From contig RFVA01000002.1 of the NCBI GenBank assembly GCA_009922685.1, positions 18,215-82,214 of the forward strand: a DNA stretch of 64,000 bases. The letters run 5' to 3'. The notes under the pieces are model-generated. The model ran no database searches. It was given only the letters and a program-made list of their open reading frames with translations, and was not told the origin of the DNA. Shown one piece after another: positions 37,976 through 48,832 of this stretch. The stretch comes from Gammaproteobacteria bacterium (GTDB taxonomy: Bacteria > Pseudomonadota > Gammaproteobacteria > Methylococcales > Methylococcaceae). Every line of letters begins with the position of its first letter. The first letter of the stretch is position 1. The position numbers and the translations under genes are program-made.

Positions 37976-40900
37976 ATGTTGAGCGATCCCAAGATTTTCC
38001 ACCAGCGCATCGGGCACTGCCTTTCCAAAGATCGCCACCGGCTCGCCAGAATGCTAGACCGCCTGCTGCCTGATCACAAGGCGGGTCATAACCTCGATGG
38101 TGCCCTTGGAGAGCTTGAACAACGCATCCTGGCGTCAGAAGCCCTGGTCGATCGCAGAGTCCAGTCGATCCCAAAAATTACCTATCCAGATCTCCCCGTG
38201 TCAGAGCGCCGCCAGGAGATCCTCGAGGCCTTGATGGCCCATCAGGTGATCATCGTTTGTGGAGAGACAGGGTCCGGCAAGACGACACAGCTTCCCAAAA
38301 TCTGCCTTGAAGCGGGGCGTGGCCGACGAGGCTTTATTGGTCATACCCAGCCCCGCCGTATTGCGGCAAGAACCGTCGCTCTTCGGATTGCCGAAGAGAT
38401 GGGGCAGCCCCTGGGCCAGGCCGTGGGTTACAAGGTCCGATTTCAAGACCAAAGCCGGCCTGAGAGCCTCATCAAATTGATGACCGATGGCATCTTGCTT
38501 GCTGAAACCCCAAGGGACCGGTTTCTCGATGCCTATGACACGCTGATCGTCGATGAGGCCCATGAACGCAGCCTTAATATCGATTTCCTTCTAGGGTATC
38601 TCAAATGGCTGTTGCCTCGGCGTCCCGACCTTAAAGTCGTGATCACTTCGGCGACGATTGATCCTGAGCGGTTCTCAAAACACTTTGATGATGCCCCTAT
38701 CCTCCATGTCTCGGGGCGGACTTATCCGGTGGATCTTCGCTATCGACCGGTCGAGGTGGAAGAGGGGGATGAAACGGATCATCCCGAACAGCAGGCGATA
38801 TTGGATGCCGTGGATGAACTTTGGCGGGAAAATCCAGGCGATATCCTGATCTTTCTCAGCGGTGAGCGGGAGATTCGGGAGACCCATGAATCGTTAAAGA
38901 AACATCATCCTTCAAAATGCGAGATTTTGCCGCTCTATTCAAGGCTCTCCCAATCAGAGCAGGAAAAGGTTTTCAAGCCGATCGGACAACGGCGGATTAT
39001 CCTCTCGACCAACGTCGCTGAAACGTCTCTCACCGTCCCCGGGATCCGCTCGGTCATCGACACGGGCTATGCCAGAATCAGTCGCTATTCTCACCGCAGC
39101 AAGCTTCAGCGCCTGCCCATTGAAAAAATCTCTCAGGCGTCTGCTGATCAGCGCTCCGGTCGCTGTGGCCGGGTCGGTCCTGGGATCGCGATCAGGCTTT
39201 ATTCGGAGCAGGATTTCATCAACCGCCCGGAATTTACCGATCCTGAGATTTTGAGGACGAATCTCGCCGCAGTGATCCTTCAGATGCATGCGCTAAGGCT
39301 TGGCGACATCGCACGCTTCCCTTTTGTCGAGCCTCCGGATGAGCGTTTGATTCGGGATGGCCTCCGAACCCTTCAGGAGTTGAATGCGCTGAATGAGCGC
39401 AACGAGATCACGCCGATTGGAAGAGGTCTTGCAAAACTGCCCGTTGATCCCCGTCTCGGCCGCATGCTCATGGCTGCCCGTGATGAAAACTGTCTCTCTG
39501 AAATCGCGATCATTGTCTCGGCGCTGAGTGTTCCAGATCCCCGGGAGCGCCCTCAAGATAGGGCCCCTCAGGCAGATCAAAAGCATGCAAGGTTCAAAGA
39601 TGAGCGCTCGGATTTTGTGGCGTTGCTGAATCTGTGGCGAGATTTTCATCATGAAAAGCAGCATCGATCGAGAGCAAAGTTGCGCCAATACTGCCGCGAT
39701 TCTTTTCTTTCCTTCGTTCGCATGTCGGAGTGGCAGGATGTCCACAGCCAGATCATGGAAGTGATTAAAGGCGATTTGGGCTTCAAGATGAACGAAGGGC
39801 CTGCCGATTATCCGGAGATCCATCGGGCGCTTCTTTCAGGGCTGCTGACCAATGTGGCGCTCAAACAGGAGCAGAACGACTATCTGGGTGCAAGGGGAGT
39901 GAGGCTCCACATTCATCCAGGATCCTACCTCTTCAAGGTCAAACCCAAGTGGATCATCTCCCAAGAGCAGATCGAAACGACCAAGGTCTATGGACGAACG
40001 GTTGCCGCGATCGAACCTGAATGGATCGAAGCGATTGGCGCCCATCTCATCAAATCGCACTACTATGATCCTCATTGGGAGCGAAAATCTGGACGTGTCG
40101 CGGTCCATGAGCGCACCCAATTATTTAGTCTGATCATTCAGTCTGGACGAAAGATTCCCTATGAACGGGTCAATCCAAAGGAAGCTCGCGAGATGTTTAT
40201 TCGTCATGCCTTGGTGCTGATGGATTATGAGAGCAGGGCGCCTTTCTTTCTTCACAATCTCAAGCTTTTGGAGGAGGCGGATTACCTTCAGCAAAAAGGT
40301 CGCCGCGTCGATCTGTTGGTTGATGAGGCTTGGCTTACCCAGTTCTTTGACCAGAAGATCCCCCAGGATGTCGTTAGCAGTGTCACCTTTGAAAAATGGC
40401 GGAAGCTGAGTGAATCAAAGGATCCAGGACTTTTGAAGCTCACGCCGGATGACATTACTGTCAAAGTGGATGCGACCCTCGATGCGGTCAACTTCCCAGA
40501 CCATTGTCAGATCGGATCCATTCGTATTCCACTCCAGTATCGCTTTGAGCCAGGCCATGACGAGGATGGCGTCACCGCCCTGATGCCGCTGCATCTCCTG
40601 AATACCCTGGATGAGGCGCCTTTCCGATGGCTAGTTCCTGGAATGCTTCGAGAAAAAGTGGTGGCCCTGATCAAATCCTTACCCAAGACGCTCCGCATCC
40701 ATTTCGTTCCGGTTCCAGATCATGTCGATCGCATCTTGCCGATGCTGGACATCGGGCGAGGCTCCCTCTACGGGCAATTGTCCATGGCGCTCAAAAAAAC
40801 AGGGGGTATTGCGGTTGGAACGGACGCCTTTCGGGAGGATATTCTCCCGAATCACCTCCGGATGACTTTTAAGGTGGTGGACGAAGATGATCGGGTGATT

Positions 40901-41878
40901 GATCAATCCCGCGATCTTGAGGTTCTAAAGCGCCGTCACTCGGGCGATGCCGGAAAAACGTTCCAAAAAATTGCAAGTCAGGCCTATCTTCACACGGGGT
41001 TGACTCATTGGTCCTTTGGTGAACTTGGCGACAGTTTTGATGGGGAGCATGAAGGCCGGAAAGTCTATGGATTTCCGGCTGTTGTGGATGAGGGTGAAAC
41101 GATTGGCGTTCGTGTTCTTGAATCACCCGAGGCGGCTCATCAAGCGCATGAGCGGGGAGTCTCAAGGCTATTACGGATCGTCCTTTCGAAGGAGATAAAG
41201 TACATCAAGCGTCAGTTGGTGATTGATGCGGCCGCTGAATTAACGTATCGACAGCTTCAGGGGCATCCTTTTCTTTACAGTAGCCTTGCCAAAAATCGTG
41301 AACTCAAAGAAGACCTTCTCGATCGTCTCGTGGCGTCGGTCTTTCTTGAAGGCCAACCCATCATTCGAAGCCAGGAGGCTTTCGATGAACGGGTTCGAGT
41401 GGCCCGAAGTGATTTATTGAGCCGGGCAGATCAGATGGTTGAAGCGGCCCGAAAGATTCTGGATCTTTATCGATCGATCCAAAAGGCACTTTCGGGAACC
41501 CTGTCAGCAGTCCTTCGGGAGGATATTCAAAAGCAGTTAAGCCGGATGATCTATCAGGGTTTTTGGGTGACCACCTCTTGGGCGAACATTAGTGAAATGC
41601 CGAGGTATTTGGGCGCCATCCTTCATCGCTTACAAAAGGCGCCTCAGGATCCCCAAAAGGATCTTCACCAACTGAGTCAGATCGTCCCCTTTTTGGAGTG
41701 TTACTGGGCGCTGGTAGAACGCGAACAGGGACGACGTGTCCCCGAGCGTGATGCCTTTCGCTGGCAACTGGAAGAATTTAGGGTGTCCTTGTTTGCTCAG
41801 CAGCTGAAGACGCTGGCACCGATCTCGGCGAAGCGCATGGCGGATGCCTGGGCCTTACTGAGCGGCAAGGCCCCTTAG
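37976..41878 (+). CDS. hrpA: ATP-dependent RNA helicase HrpA (DEAH-box)
   Basis: 1300 aa. GETGSGKTTQLPK (motif I), DEAHERS (DEAH), HA2/OB domains and the long HrpA-specific C-terminal region. Confidence 0.95.
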   Translation: MLSDPKIFHQRIGHCLSKDRHRLARMLDRLLPDHKAGHNLDGALGELEQRILASEALVDRRVQSIPKITYPDLPVSERRQEILEALMAHQVIIVCGETGSGKTTQLPKICLEAGRGRRGFIGHTQPRRIAARTVALRIAEEMGQPLGQAVGYKVRFQDQSRPESLIKLMTDGILLAETPRDRFLDAYDTLIVDEAHERSLNIDFLLGYLKWLLPRRPDLKVVITSATIDPERFSKHFDDAPILHVSGRTYPVDLRYRPVEVEEGDETDHPEQQAILDAVDELWRENPGDILIFLSGEREIRETHESLKKHHPSKCEILPLYSRLSQSEQEKVFKPIGQRRIILSTNVAETSLTVPGIRSVIDTGYARISRYSHRSKLQRLPIEKISQASADQRSGRCGRVGPGIAIRLYSEQDFINRPEFTDPEILRTNLAAVILQMHALRLGDIARFPFVEPPDERLIRDGLRTLQELNALNERNEITPIGRGLAKLPVDPRLGRMLMAARDENCLSEIAIIVSALSVPDPRERPQDRAPQADQKHARFKDERSDFVALLNLWRDFHHEKQHRSRAKLRQYCRDSFLSFVRMSEWQDVHSQIMEVIKGDLGFKMNEGPADYPEIHRALLSGLLTNVALKQEQNDYLGARGVRLHIHPGSYLFKVKPKWIISQEQIETTKVYGRTVAAIEPEWIEAIGAHLIKSHYYDPHWERKSGRVAVHERTQLFSLIIQSGRKIPYERVNPKEAREMFIRHALVLMDYESRAPFFLHNLKLLEEADYLQQKGRRVDLLVDEAWLTQFFDQKIPQDVVSSVTFEKWRKLSESKDPGLLKLTPDDITVKVDATLDAVNFPDHCQIGSIRIPLQYRFEPGHDEDGVTALMPLHLLNTLDEAPFRWLVPGMLREKVVALIKSLPKTLRIHFVPVPDHVDRILPMLDIGRGSLYGQLSMALKKTGGIAVGTDAFREDILPNHLRMTFKVVDEDDRVIDQSRDLEVLKRRHSGDAGKTFQKIASQAYLHTGLTHWSFGELGDSFDGEHEGRKVYGFPAVVDEGETIGVRVLESPEAAHQAHERGVSRLLRIVLSKEIKYIKRQLVIDAAAELTYRQLQGHPFLYSSLAKNRELKEDLLDRLVASVFLEGQPIIRSQEAFDERVRVARSDLLSRADQMVEAARKILDLYRSIQKALSGTLSAVLREDIQKQLSRMIYQGFWVTTSWANISEMPRYLGAILHRLQKAPQDPQKDLHQLSQIVPFLECYWALVEREQGRRVPERDAFRWQLEEFRVSLFAQQLKTLAPISAKRMADAWALLSGKAP

Positions 41879-42258
41879 TCGGAGCCTTTCTGGGGGCCAA
41901 TGAGCTCTAAGGCAAGACCCATATAAGGCGCCAGTTGAGGGATTTGAGGCACCGGAAGTCCCTTGCCGACCACGTGACGGAGGAGGTTGTTGAGCCAGGG
42001 GCGATTTGATTCTGCTTGGCCAAGAATGAAGGTATAGCCTTCACCTTGGGGGTGAAGAGCAAAGTGACTTAGCTGGAGGATGATGCTCTCCTTTTCGCCG
42101 TAAAGCGTGGCCTCAACACAGAGCGTTCGCTGTCCTAGATCGACGTTAAAGGCGCTGACCTTGGCAATGCCTTTGAGGACAAGGTTAGCGACCATGGTGA
42201 TCAGCCGTTCAGGGGTCCATTTGATGGCGGTTTTGATTAGTCGTGCGGTCAGGCTCAT
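41875..42258 (-). CDS. Hypothetical protein (about 127 aa), no family recognised
   Basis: The ORF is convergent with hrpA (the stops overlap as TTAG) and divergent from purT. The start is taken at MSLTARLIKTAIKW... (ATG 42258); the longest ORF starts at 42342. There is no competing gene on the other strand. Confidence 0.5.
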   Translation of the reverse strand: MSLTARLIKTAIKWTPERLITMVANLVLKGIAKVSAFNVDLGQRTLCVEATLYGEKESIILQLSHFALHPQGEGYTFILGQAESNRPWLNNLLRHVVGKGLPVPQIPQLAPYMGLALELIGPQKGSD

Positions 42259-42443
42259 GGGTGTTCGAATGGGGGGTTTGGTGGATAAGCTTTCGCCCTT
42301 AGGGTGGTCCCTGAAGTTTATCTGAAGACAGCCCACCGTCAATCAGTTGCCCAGTGTATTTCGTCAAAGTGTCAGGATATGGGCGCCTTTTAGGGCGTAA
42401 AATAGGCCGTACTCATGAATGTTTCCCAAAGGATTCCAACTCT

Positions 42444-43643
42444 ATGAATATCGGCACAGCCCTGACACCGGGAGCGACCCGCGTGATGCTGCTCGGCAGC
42501 GGGGAACTTGGCAAGGAGGTCGCGATCAGTCTCCAGCGTTATGGCGTCGAGGTTATTGCTGTAGACCGCTATGAGGGGGCCCCGGCCCATCAGCTGGCGC
42601 ACCGAAGCCATGTGATCGACATGACTGATAGCGAGGCCTTACGGGCCCTGATTCTCAAAGAGCGTCCCCATTTTGTTGTGCCTGAGATTGAGGCGATTGC
42701 GACAGAGGCGCTGGTTGAAATGGAGGCTTTGGGACAAGTCGTGGTGATTCCAAATGCTCGGGCGGTTCGCTTGACCATGAACCGGGAAGGCATCCGGCGG
42801 CTTGCTGCAGAGGAGCTTCAGCTTCCAACGTCGCCCTTCGTTTTTACCGACTCGAAGGAGGGGCTTCGGTCCGCGGTGGCGCTTCTTGGCTTTCCCTGCT
42901 TCGTCAAACCGATCATGTCTTCATCCGGTAAGGGCCAATCGATGCTCCTGAGTGAGGCCGACATTGAGGCCGCCTGGCATCATGCCCAAGAGGGTGGGCG
43001 AGTCCGGAATACACGGATCATTGTTGAGGGATTTATCGACTTTGATTACGAGATCACGCTGCTGACGGTTCGATCCCTCCTGGCTAATGGGGAGGTGGCC
43101 ATCCATTTTTGTGAGCCTGTGGGTCATTTGCAGCAGGGCGGGGACTATGTCGAGAGCTGGCAGCCGCAACCGATGAGTGACGCGGCCAAGAAGGAGGCGC
43201 AGCGGATTGCCCGGGCAGTGGTTGATAATTTGGGCGGCCGAGGCCTTTTTGGGGTCGAGTTGTTCATCAAGGGGGATCAGGTCTGGTTCAGTGAAGTCAG
43301 CCCGAGACCTCATGATACGGGAATGGTGACGATGATTACCCAAGCGCAGAATGAATTCGAGCTGCATGCCCGGGCTATTTTGGGGCTTCCTGTCGGGGTC
43401 CAGCTTCGTGAGCCTGGGGCTAGTGCCGTCATTTATGGCGGCGTTGATGCCCATGGGATTTCTTATCAAGGACTTCCAGAAGCGTTGCAGGAGGAAGGCG
43501 TTGAGGTGCGATTGTTTGGTAAACCAGAATCGTTTCGCCGTCGACGGATGGGGGTGGCGCTTGCCGTTGGGGAGACTGTCGAGGAGGCTCGAGCGCGGGC
43601 CCATGAGGCGGCTTCGAAGATTGTGCCGATCGCTTTGGATTAA
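42444..43643 (+). CDS. purT: Formate-dependent phosphoribosylglycinamide formyltransferase (GAR transformylase 2)
   Basis: [43 protein letters not shown]...PEIEAIAT...[11 protein letters not shown] is the PurT ATP-grasp signature. The track's 30-aa N-extension is rejected. Confidence 0.93.
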   Translation: MNIGTALTPGATRVMLLGSGELGKEVAISLQRYGVEVIAVDRYEGAPAHQLAHRSHVIDMTDSEALRALILKERPHFVVPEIEAIATEALVEMEALGQVVVIPNARAVRLTMNREGIRRLAAEELQLPTSPFVFTDSKEGLRSAVALLGFPCFVKPIMSSSGKGQSMLLSEADIEAAWHHAQEGGRVRNTRIIVEGFIDFDYEITLLTVRSLLANGEVAIHFCEPVGHLQQGGDYVESWQPQPMSDAAKKEAQRIARAVVDNLGGRGLFGVELFIKGDQVWFSEVSPRPHDTGMVTMITQAQNEFELHARAILGLPVGVQLREPGASAVIYGGVDAHGISYQGLPEALQEEGVEVRLFGKPESFRRRRMGVALAVGETVEEARARAHEAASKIVPIALD

Positions 43644-43710
43644 ACCCTTTGGTTCACAAGCTCAAAGATCCATGTAACACTTTCCCTTTCAGGTTTTGAT
43701 CGCTCACTGA

Positions 43711-44406
43711 ATGCTCCGTTACTTTTTGAACCCTAAACGTTTATGTTGGCTTCTCCTCATGATCGGAGCTCCCCTTCATGCGGATGTCTACAAGATGGTC
43801 GGTCGAAACGGCCAGGTGATCTTTTCTGATAAGCCAGCCGGAGCCGGTTACCAGCTGGTCATCAAGTCAAATCGTCCGGCGCCAACCGCCGCTTCCCCAG
43901 TCGCCGCCCCTGTCAGTCGTCCGCGAGGGCCTTCAGGCGAGATTATTCTGGGGAATGGGCCGCGCTCCATTCCAGCGCAGTCTCCCCGAGTGGGCGCGCG
44001 GCTTGAGCGGGGGCCTCGTCAACTCCAGTATGCTGCTCTGGTTGAGCGGGCAGCCGAGGCCCATGGCCTTGATCCTTGGCTCCTAGACGCCGTCATTCAG
44101 GCAGAATCGTCTTATAACCCTCAAGCGGTCTCCCACAAGGGGGCGATGGGTCTCATGCAGTTAATGCCGGGGACCGCTGAACGTTACGGTGTTCGTGACC
44201 CTTATGATCCTGAACAGAATATATTTGGTGGTGCGCGCTACCTTCGGGATCTGATGGGGATGTTCGGGTCCGATGTGCGTCTGGCCGTCGCGGCTTATAA
44301 CGCTGGGGAAGGCAATGTCATGAAATATGGCAATCAGGTTCCCCCTTTCACTGAAACGCAGGGCTACGTCTCCAAGGTTCTTGGTTTTTATCGGCGGACC
44401 AATTGA
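43711..44406 (+). CDS. Lytic transglycosylase (SLT domain) with an N-terminal DUF4124-like module
   Basis: Signal peptide, then VYKMVGRNGQVIFSDKP (DUF4124-like). The SLT catalytic block follows: LLDAVIQAESSYNPQAVSHKGAMGLMQLMPGTAERYGV...AYNAGEGNV. Confidence 0.85.
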   Translation: MLRYFLNPKRLCWLLLMIGAPLHADVYKMVGRNGQVIFSDKPAGAGYQLVIKSNRPAPTAASPVAAPVSRPRGPSGEIILGNGPRSIPAQSPRVGARLERGPRQLQYAALVERAAEAHGLDPWLLDAVIQAESSYNPQAVSHKGAMGLMQLMPGTAERYGVRDPYDPEQNIFGGARYLRDLMGMFGSDVRLAVAAYNAGEGNVMKYGNQVPPFTETQGYVSKVLGFYRRTN

Positions 44407-44438
44407 TGATGGGTTAGATGGAGGGCTTGTCTTAAGAA

Positions 44439-45038
44439 TTAAGGCAAGATCATGCCAAATTGGTTGAGTAGTCTCGTGAGTGCAATCAGTGGGAGTCCTA
44501 TGAGGCCGGTTGGGTCCTCGCTTTCGATACGCTCCATGAGCGTAATCCCATAGCCTTCCGCCTTGAAGCTTCCGGCGCAATCATAAGGTGTTTCGCGATC
44601 GAGATACCGAAGGATCATCTCTTGTGTAAGGGTTCTAAAGGTGACCCGGGTGACATCCAGGGCCGTTTCGGTGTCCATGGACGCGGCCTCGGTCATAGCC
44701 AAACCGGTATAGAACGTCAGCGTCTGGCCGGAGGCAGATTGCAGTTGTTGAAGGGCCTTTTCAGGGGTTCCGGGTTTTCCGATGAGGGTTTTTCCAAGAG
44801 AAGCGACTTGATCAGATCCAATGATCAAGCCATCGGTGCGTCCTAAGGCTCCTGCCTGAGATTTTAGGATGGAGAGCCTGACTGCTAGAGCCTCTGGAGA
44901 TTCCAAAGGCAGGGGGGTTTCATCGACCTCGGGCGCCATGGTCTCGAAAGGAATGCCCAGCCTTTCCAAGAGGATTCTTCGGTAAGGCGATGTCGAGGCG
45001 AGAATCAGGCGGTGGGGGTGGGGCATGAGAGGCTTCAT
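44439..45038 (-). CDS. yceF: Maf-like nucleoside triphosphate pyrophosphatase (YceF subfamily)
   Basis: RLILASTSPYRRILLERLGIPFETMAPEVDETPL...GSDQV...GKP...CAGSFKAEGYGITLMERIE. It is divergent from yceD-rpmF, as in E. coli. The start is uncertain (GTG 45062, ATG 45038 or ATG 45026). Confidence 0.88.
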   Translation of the reverse strand: MKPLMPHPHRLILASTSPYRRILLERLGIPFETMAPEVDETPLPLESPEALAVRLSILKSQAGALGRTDGLIIGSDQVASLGKTLIGKPGTPEKALQQLQSASGQTLTFYTGLAMTEAASMDTETALDVTRVTFRTLTQEMILRYLDRETPYDCAGSFKAEGYGITLMERIESEDPTGLIGLPLIALTRLLNQFGMILP

Positions 45039-45094
45039 GGCGGTGTTTTCTTCTTTTGACACGATTTAGGGTTTAACGCTATCATTGTCCGATT

Positions 45095-45601
45095 ATGCCT
45101 GAGCGTTTGCCGGACGTTATTGACCCCATGGGTTTCGCTGAAAAGCGACGCCATCTCAAGGGCGTGATTCCCGTTCTCAAACTTGATCGCCTTGCGGAAT
45201 TCTTGATGGAGACCGATGGGGAGGTCAAGGTTGACCTGACATTCACTCGGCAAGGGCGCACGGCAACCATCGTGGGTCAGGTTACAGCCGATTTGACGCT
45301 GCAATGTCAGTGTTGTCTGGGTCCCATTTCTTGGCCTGTGGCGTGCGAGGTACATCTTGGAATCGTCAATTCCTTGGATGCCGCCATGCAGTTGTCCGAT
45401 GAGATGGAGCCTTTGTTGGTGACGCCTGATGCAGAGATGCCGTTGGCTGACATAGTTCAGGATGAGCTGATTTTGGCGGTTCCCGCCATACCTCAGCACC
45501 CCGACTGTCGAATGCCTTCGCCCGCTGATCCGGCGCCCGAAAGACCCAATCCATTTGCCGATTTGGCGCAACTCAAATCGAAACGATCTATCCAGGAGTA
45601 A
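45095..45601 (+). CDS. yceD: Large ribosomal RNA subunit accumulation protein YceD (DUF177)
   Basis: 168 aa with a CxxC...C pattern (LQCQCCLGPISWP), acidic segments and the conserved position immediately upstream of rpmF. Confidence 0.9.
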   Translation: MPERLPDVIDPMGFAEKRRHLKGVIPVLKLDRLAEFLMETDGEVKVDLTFTRQGRTATIVGQVTADLTLQCQCCLGPISWPVACEVHLGIVNSLDAAMQLSDEMEPLLVTPDAEMPLADIVQDELILAVPAIPQHPDCRMPSPADPAPERPNPFADLAQLKSKRSIQE

Positions 45602-45604
45602 ATC

Positions 45605-45799
45605 ATGGCCGTTCAACAAAACCGCAAGACCCGATCCAAGCGTGACATGCGTCGCTCACATGACGCATTGACGGGTGCGACCCTTTCCATTGAGCCGACA
45701 ACGGGTGAAACCCACCGTCGTCATCACGTGAGTGCAGATGGTTTTTATCGTGGCCGTAAAGTCATTGCTACGAAGGTTGAGGAAGTCAGCGAGGAATAA
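45605..45799 (+). CDS. rpmF: 50S ribosomal protein L32
   Basis: [22 protein letters not shown]...[14 protein letters not shown]. Confidence 0.97.
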   Translation: MAVQQNRKTRSKRDMRRSHDALTGATLSIEPTTGETHRRHHVSADGFYRGRKVIATKVEEVSEE

Positions 45800-45857
45800 G
45801 TCGTCGCTGACGTTTCTTCCCCCCTCTTTTTCATTCCGAACAATCACGGCCTGACCT

Positions 45858-46886
45858 ATGTCGCGAAAGCTGACGATTGCGCTTGACGCCATGGGCGGCG
45901 ACCACGGTCCTGAAGTGACCGTTCCAGCAGCCATCGATAGCGTTTCCCGCTACCCTAACCTGCATCTTATTTTGGTCGGTGATGAAGCGAAGCTTCGCGC
46001 TGAACTCGATCGTGGGCGCTCTGCCTTTGGTGATCGGATCCAGGTGCGCCATGCCTCTGAGATGGTCGAAATGCACGAAACGCCCTCCAAAGCGCTTCGC
46101 GGCAAGAAAGATTCGTCCATGCGCGTTGCGATTAACATGGTCAAGGACGGGACGGCTGATGCCTGTGTGAGTGCCGGCAACACCGGCGCGTTGATGGCGA
46201 TCGCAAAATTTGTCCTAAAAACCATTCCTGGTGTCGATCGTCCCGCGATTATCGCGATGTTGCCCTCCAAAACAGGGCATACCCATGTGCTTGATTTGGG
46301 CGCGAATGTTGACTGTACTGCCGAGCATCTGTGCCAATTTGCGGTGATGGGCTATGAGTTGGTGAAGGCTGTGGAGAACAATCAACACCCTCGGGTTGGC
46401 CTCCTTAATATCGGGGAAGAAGAAATCAAGGGGAATGAGCAGGTGAAGCAGGCTGCTAAGCTCTTGACCGGTACGCATATTAATTTTGTCGGCTTTGTCG
46501 AAGGTAACGACATCTTTTCGGGCAATGTCGAGGTGGTCGTGACCGATGGCTTTACAGGGAATGTGGCCTTGAAGGCGATCGAAGGCTTTGCAAAGCTCCT
46601 CGGTGGTTCACTCCGCGATGAATTCGGCAGGAATCTCGTCACTAAAGTACTGGGTCTTTTGGCATTGCCCGTCCTTCGAGCCTTCAAGGGCCGGTTTGAT
46701 CCTCGGCGCTATAACGGAGCCAGCTTGGTCGGCCTTCGTGGCATCGTGGTCAAGAGCCATGGCAATGCTGACCGGACCTCGGTGGCCAATGCGATTCGTG
46801 TGGCCATGCTCGAGGTAGAGATGGGGGTTCCTGATCGCATCGGGCAGCGGGTTGCTGAGGTTTTTGCCGAGGAAAGGATCGCGTGA
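45858..46886 (+). CDS. plsX: Phosphate acyltransferase PlsX
   Basis: [19 protein letters not shown]...[10 protein letters not shown]...[11 protein letters not shown]. Confidence 0.96.
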   Translation: MSRKLTIALDAMGGDHGPEVTVPAAIDSVSRYPNLHLILVGDEAKLRAELDRGRSAFGDRIQVRHASEMVEMHETPSKALRGKKDSSMRVAINMVKDGTADACVSAGNTGALMAIAKFVLKTIPGVDRPAIIAMLPSKTGHTHVLDLGANVDCTAEHLCQFAVMGYELVKAVENNQHPRVGLLNIGEEEIKGNEQVKQAAKLLTGTHINFVGFVEGNDIFSGNVEVVVTDGFTGNVALKAIEGFAKLLGGSLRDEFGRNLVTKVLGLLALPVLRAFKGRFDPRRYNGASLVGLRGIVVKSHGNADRTSVANAIRVAMLEVEMGVPDRIGQRVAEVFAEERIA

Positions 46887-47857
46887 CGCGTTATTCAGCG
46901 CTTCTGGGGACGGGGAGCTATTTGCCCGAGCGGATCTTGACCAACGAGGAGATTTCACGGAGCGTTGACACCACTCACGAGTGGATTATGGAACGGACCG
47001 GTATTGCCGAACGGCGGATTGCAGGAGCCGGTGAAACAGCCTCCAGCATGGGCGAGAAGGCATCTCGGATGGCGCTTGAGGCGGCAGGCCTCGTGCCTGA
47101 AGATATCGATCTCATTATCGTTGGGACCGGGACCCCGGACCGCGTTTTCCCGAGTACAGCGTGTCTTCTGCAGCACCGTCTCGGCATTCGGCAATGCGCC
47201 GCCTTTGACGTTCAGGCCGCCTGTTCTGGTTTCATTTTTGCGCTCAGCGTCGCCGATCAATATATCCGGGCAGGCTCTGCCCGCCGCGTCCTCGTGGTGG
47301 GCAGTGAGCTCAATTCAAAGCTGGTTGACTGGTCTGATCGGTCGACTTGCATCCTTTTTGGTGATGGGGCGGGAGCCGCTGTCCTTGGGGTTTCCGATCA
47401 CCCGGGGCTCCTGAGTACCCATATTCATTCCGATGGTCAGTATCAAGATCTCCTTTATGTCCCGAATTCGATGGTGACTGGCGATGCCGGGATGGGTGAG
47501 GACGACACCCCTTATATCAAGATGCAAGGCAATGAAGTCTTTAAGGTCGCGGTGAATACCTTAGGCCGGATTGTCGATGAAACCCTTGAGGCGAATGGGC
47601 TTCAGAAGACCGATGTCGATTGGTTAGTGCCTCATCAGGCCAATATCCGCATCATCACAGCAACCGCCAAGAAACTAAAAATGCCCATGGAGCAGGTCGT
47701 TGTGACCGTCGAGCGCCAGGGCAACACCTCGGCTGCATCGATTCCTCTTGCGCTGGATGAAGCCATTCGTGATGGCCGCATTCAGCGTGGTCAAACCGTT
47801 CTCATGGAAGCCTTTGGCGGTGGTTTTGCCTGGGGTTCCGCTCTTCTCGTTTATTAA
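46883..47857 (+). CDS. fabH: Beta-ketoacyl-ACP synthase III
   Basis: [16 protein letters not shown]...[15 protein letters not shown] (active-site Cys)...[10 protein letters not shown]...[12 protein letters not shown]. Confidence 0.96.
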   Translation: MTRYSALLGTGSYLPERILTNEEISRSVDTTHEWIMERTGIAERRIAGAGETASSMGEKASRMALEAAGLVPEDIDLIIVGTGTPDRVFPSTACLLQHRLGIRQCAAFDVQAACSGFIFALSVADQYIRAGSARRVLVVGSELNSKLVDWSDRSTCILFGDGAGAAVLGVSDHPGLLSTHIHSDGQYQDLLYVPNSMVTGDAGMGEDDTPYIKMQGNEVFKVAVNTLGRIVDETLEANGLQKTDVDWLVPHQANIRIITATAKKLKMPMEQVVVTVERQGNTSAASIPLALDEAIRDGRIQRGQTVLMEAFGGGFAWGSALLVY

Positions 47858-47881
47858 AGTTCATCTTCAAGGACCCTGTTC

Positions 47882-48832
47882 ATGAGTCAATCTGATTCAA
47901 GGCTTGCCTTCCTGTTTCCAGGACAAGGATCGCAGTCGGTCGGCATGCTTTCCGATTTAGTTCTCGCCAAACCTCGCGTTTTGAGTCTTTTTAAAGAAGC
48001 CTCAGAGATTCTTGATATGGACCTATGGTCCCTCATTGTTGAGGGTCCGGCTGAGCGTCTTAATGCGACGGTGGTCACCCAACCGGCCATGCTGGTGTCG
48101 GGTGTTGCCGTTTATCAAGCCTGGTGTGAGGAATCTGATATCCGCCCCGCATGGATGGCCGGCCATAGCCTGGGTGAATATACTGCGCTGGTCTGCTCGG
48201 GCGCTTTGGTCTTCAAAGATGCGGTGAAGCTGGTCTTGGAGCGTGCACGATTGATGCAGGCTGCCGTTCCTGAGGGAGTCGGGGCTATGGCGGCCATTAT
48301 TGGTCTTGATGATGACCGTCTAATCACGGTGTGTGAGGAAGCCTCATCCATGACCCATCAGGTGTGTGCCGCCAATTTCAACGCCCCCGGACAAGTGGTG
48401 ATCGCGGGTCATTACGAGGCGGTGATTATGGCCGCTGAGGGTGCCAAGGCGTGTGGCGCCAGAAAGGTGGTTATGCTGCCGGTGAGCGTCCCCTCGCATT
48501 GTCCCCTGATGGCGGATGCCGCCAGCGAGTTCCGGTCATTTCTCGACGCGACCACATTCCATGCGCCCACGATTCCGGTGATCCATAATGTTGATGTGCT
48601 TCCTCATGGCAGCGCCGAGGACATTCGTGATGCGCTTCAAGCGCAGTTGTGCGGCTCGGTCCGGTGGGTTGAAACGATCAGGGCCATGGTCTTGGGTGGG
48701 GTGGACCGCTTTATTGAATGCGGTCCCGGCTCCGTCCTTAAAGGGCTCAACAAGCGGATTGTGGCGGATGCTCCGACCGAATCCATTCAAGACCCACTTT
48801 CTATGAATCAGGCTAAAGGGCTTTTCCTATGA
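47882..48832 (+). CDS. fabD: Malonyl-CoA-ACP transacylase
   Basis: AFLFPGQGSQSVGM...MAGHSLGEYTALV (GHSLGE active site). Confidence 0.96.
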   Translation: MSQSDSRLAFLFPGQGSQSVGMLSDLVLAKPRVLSLFKEASEILDMDLWSLIVEGPAERLNATVVTQPAMLVSGVAVYQAWCEESDIRPAWMAGHSLGEYTALVCSGALVFKDAVKLVLERARLMQAAVPEGVGAMAAIIGLDDDRLITVCEEASSMTHQVCAANFNAPGQVVIAGHYEAVIMAAEGAKACGARKVVMLPVSVPSHCPLMADAASEFRSFLDATTFHAPTIPVIHNVDVLPHGSAEDIRDALQAQLCGSVRWVETIRAMVLGGVDRFIECGPGSVLKGLNKRIVADAPTESIQDPLSMNQAKGLFL

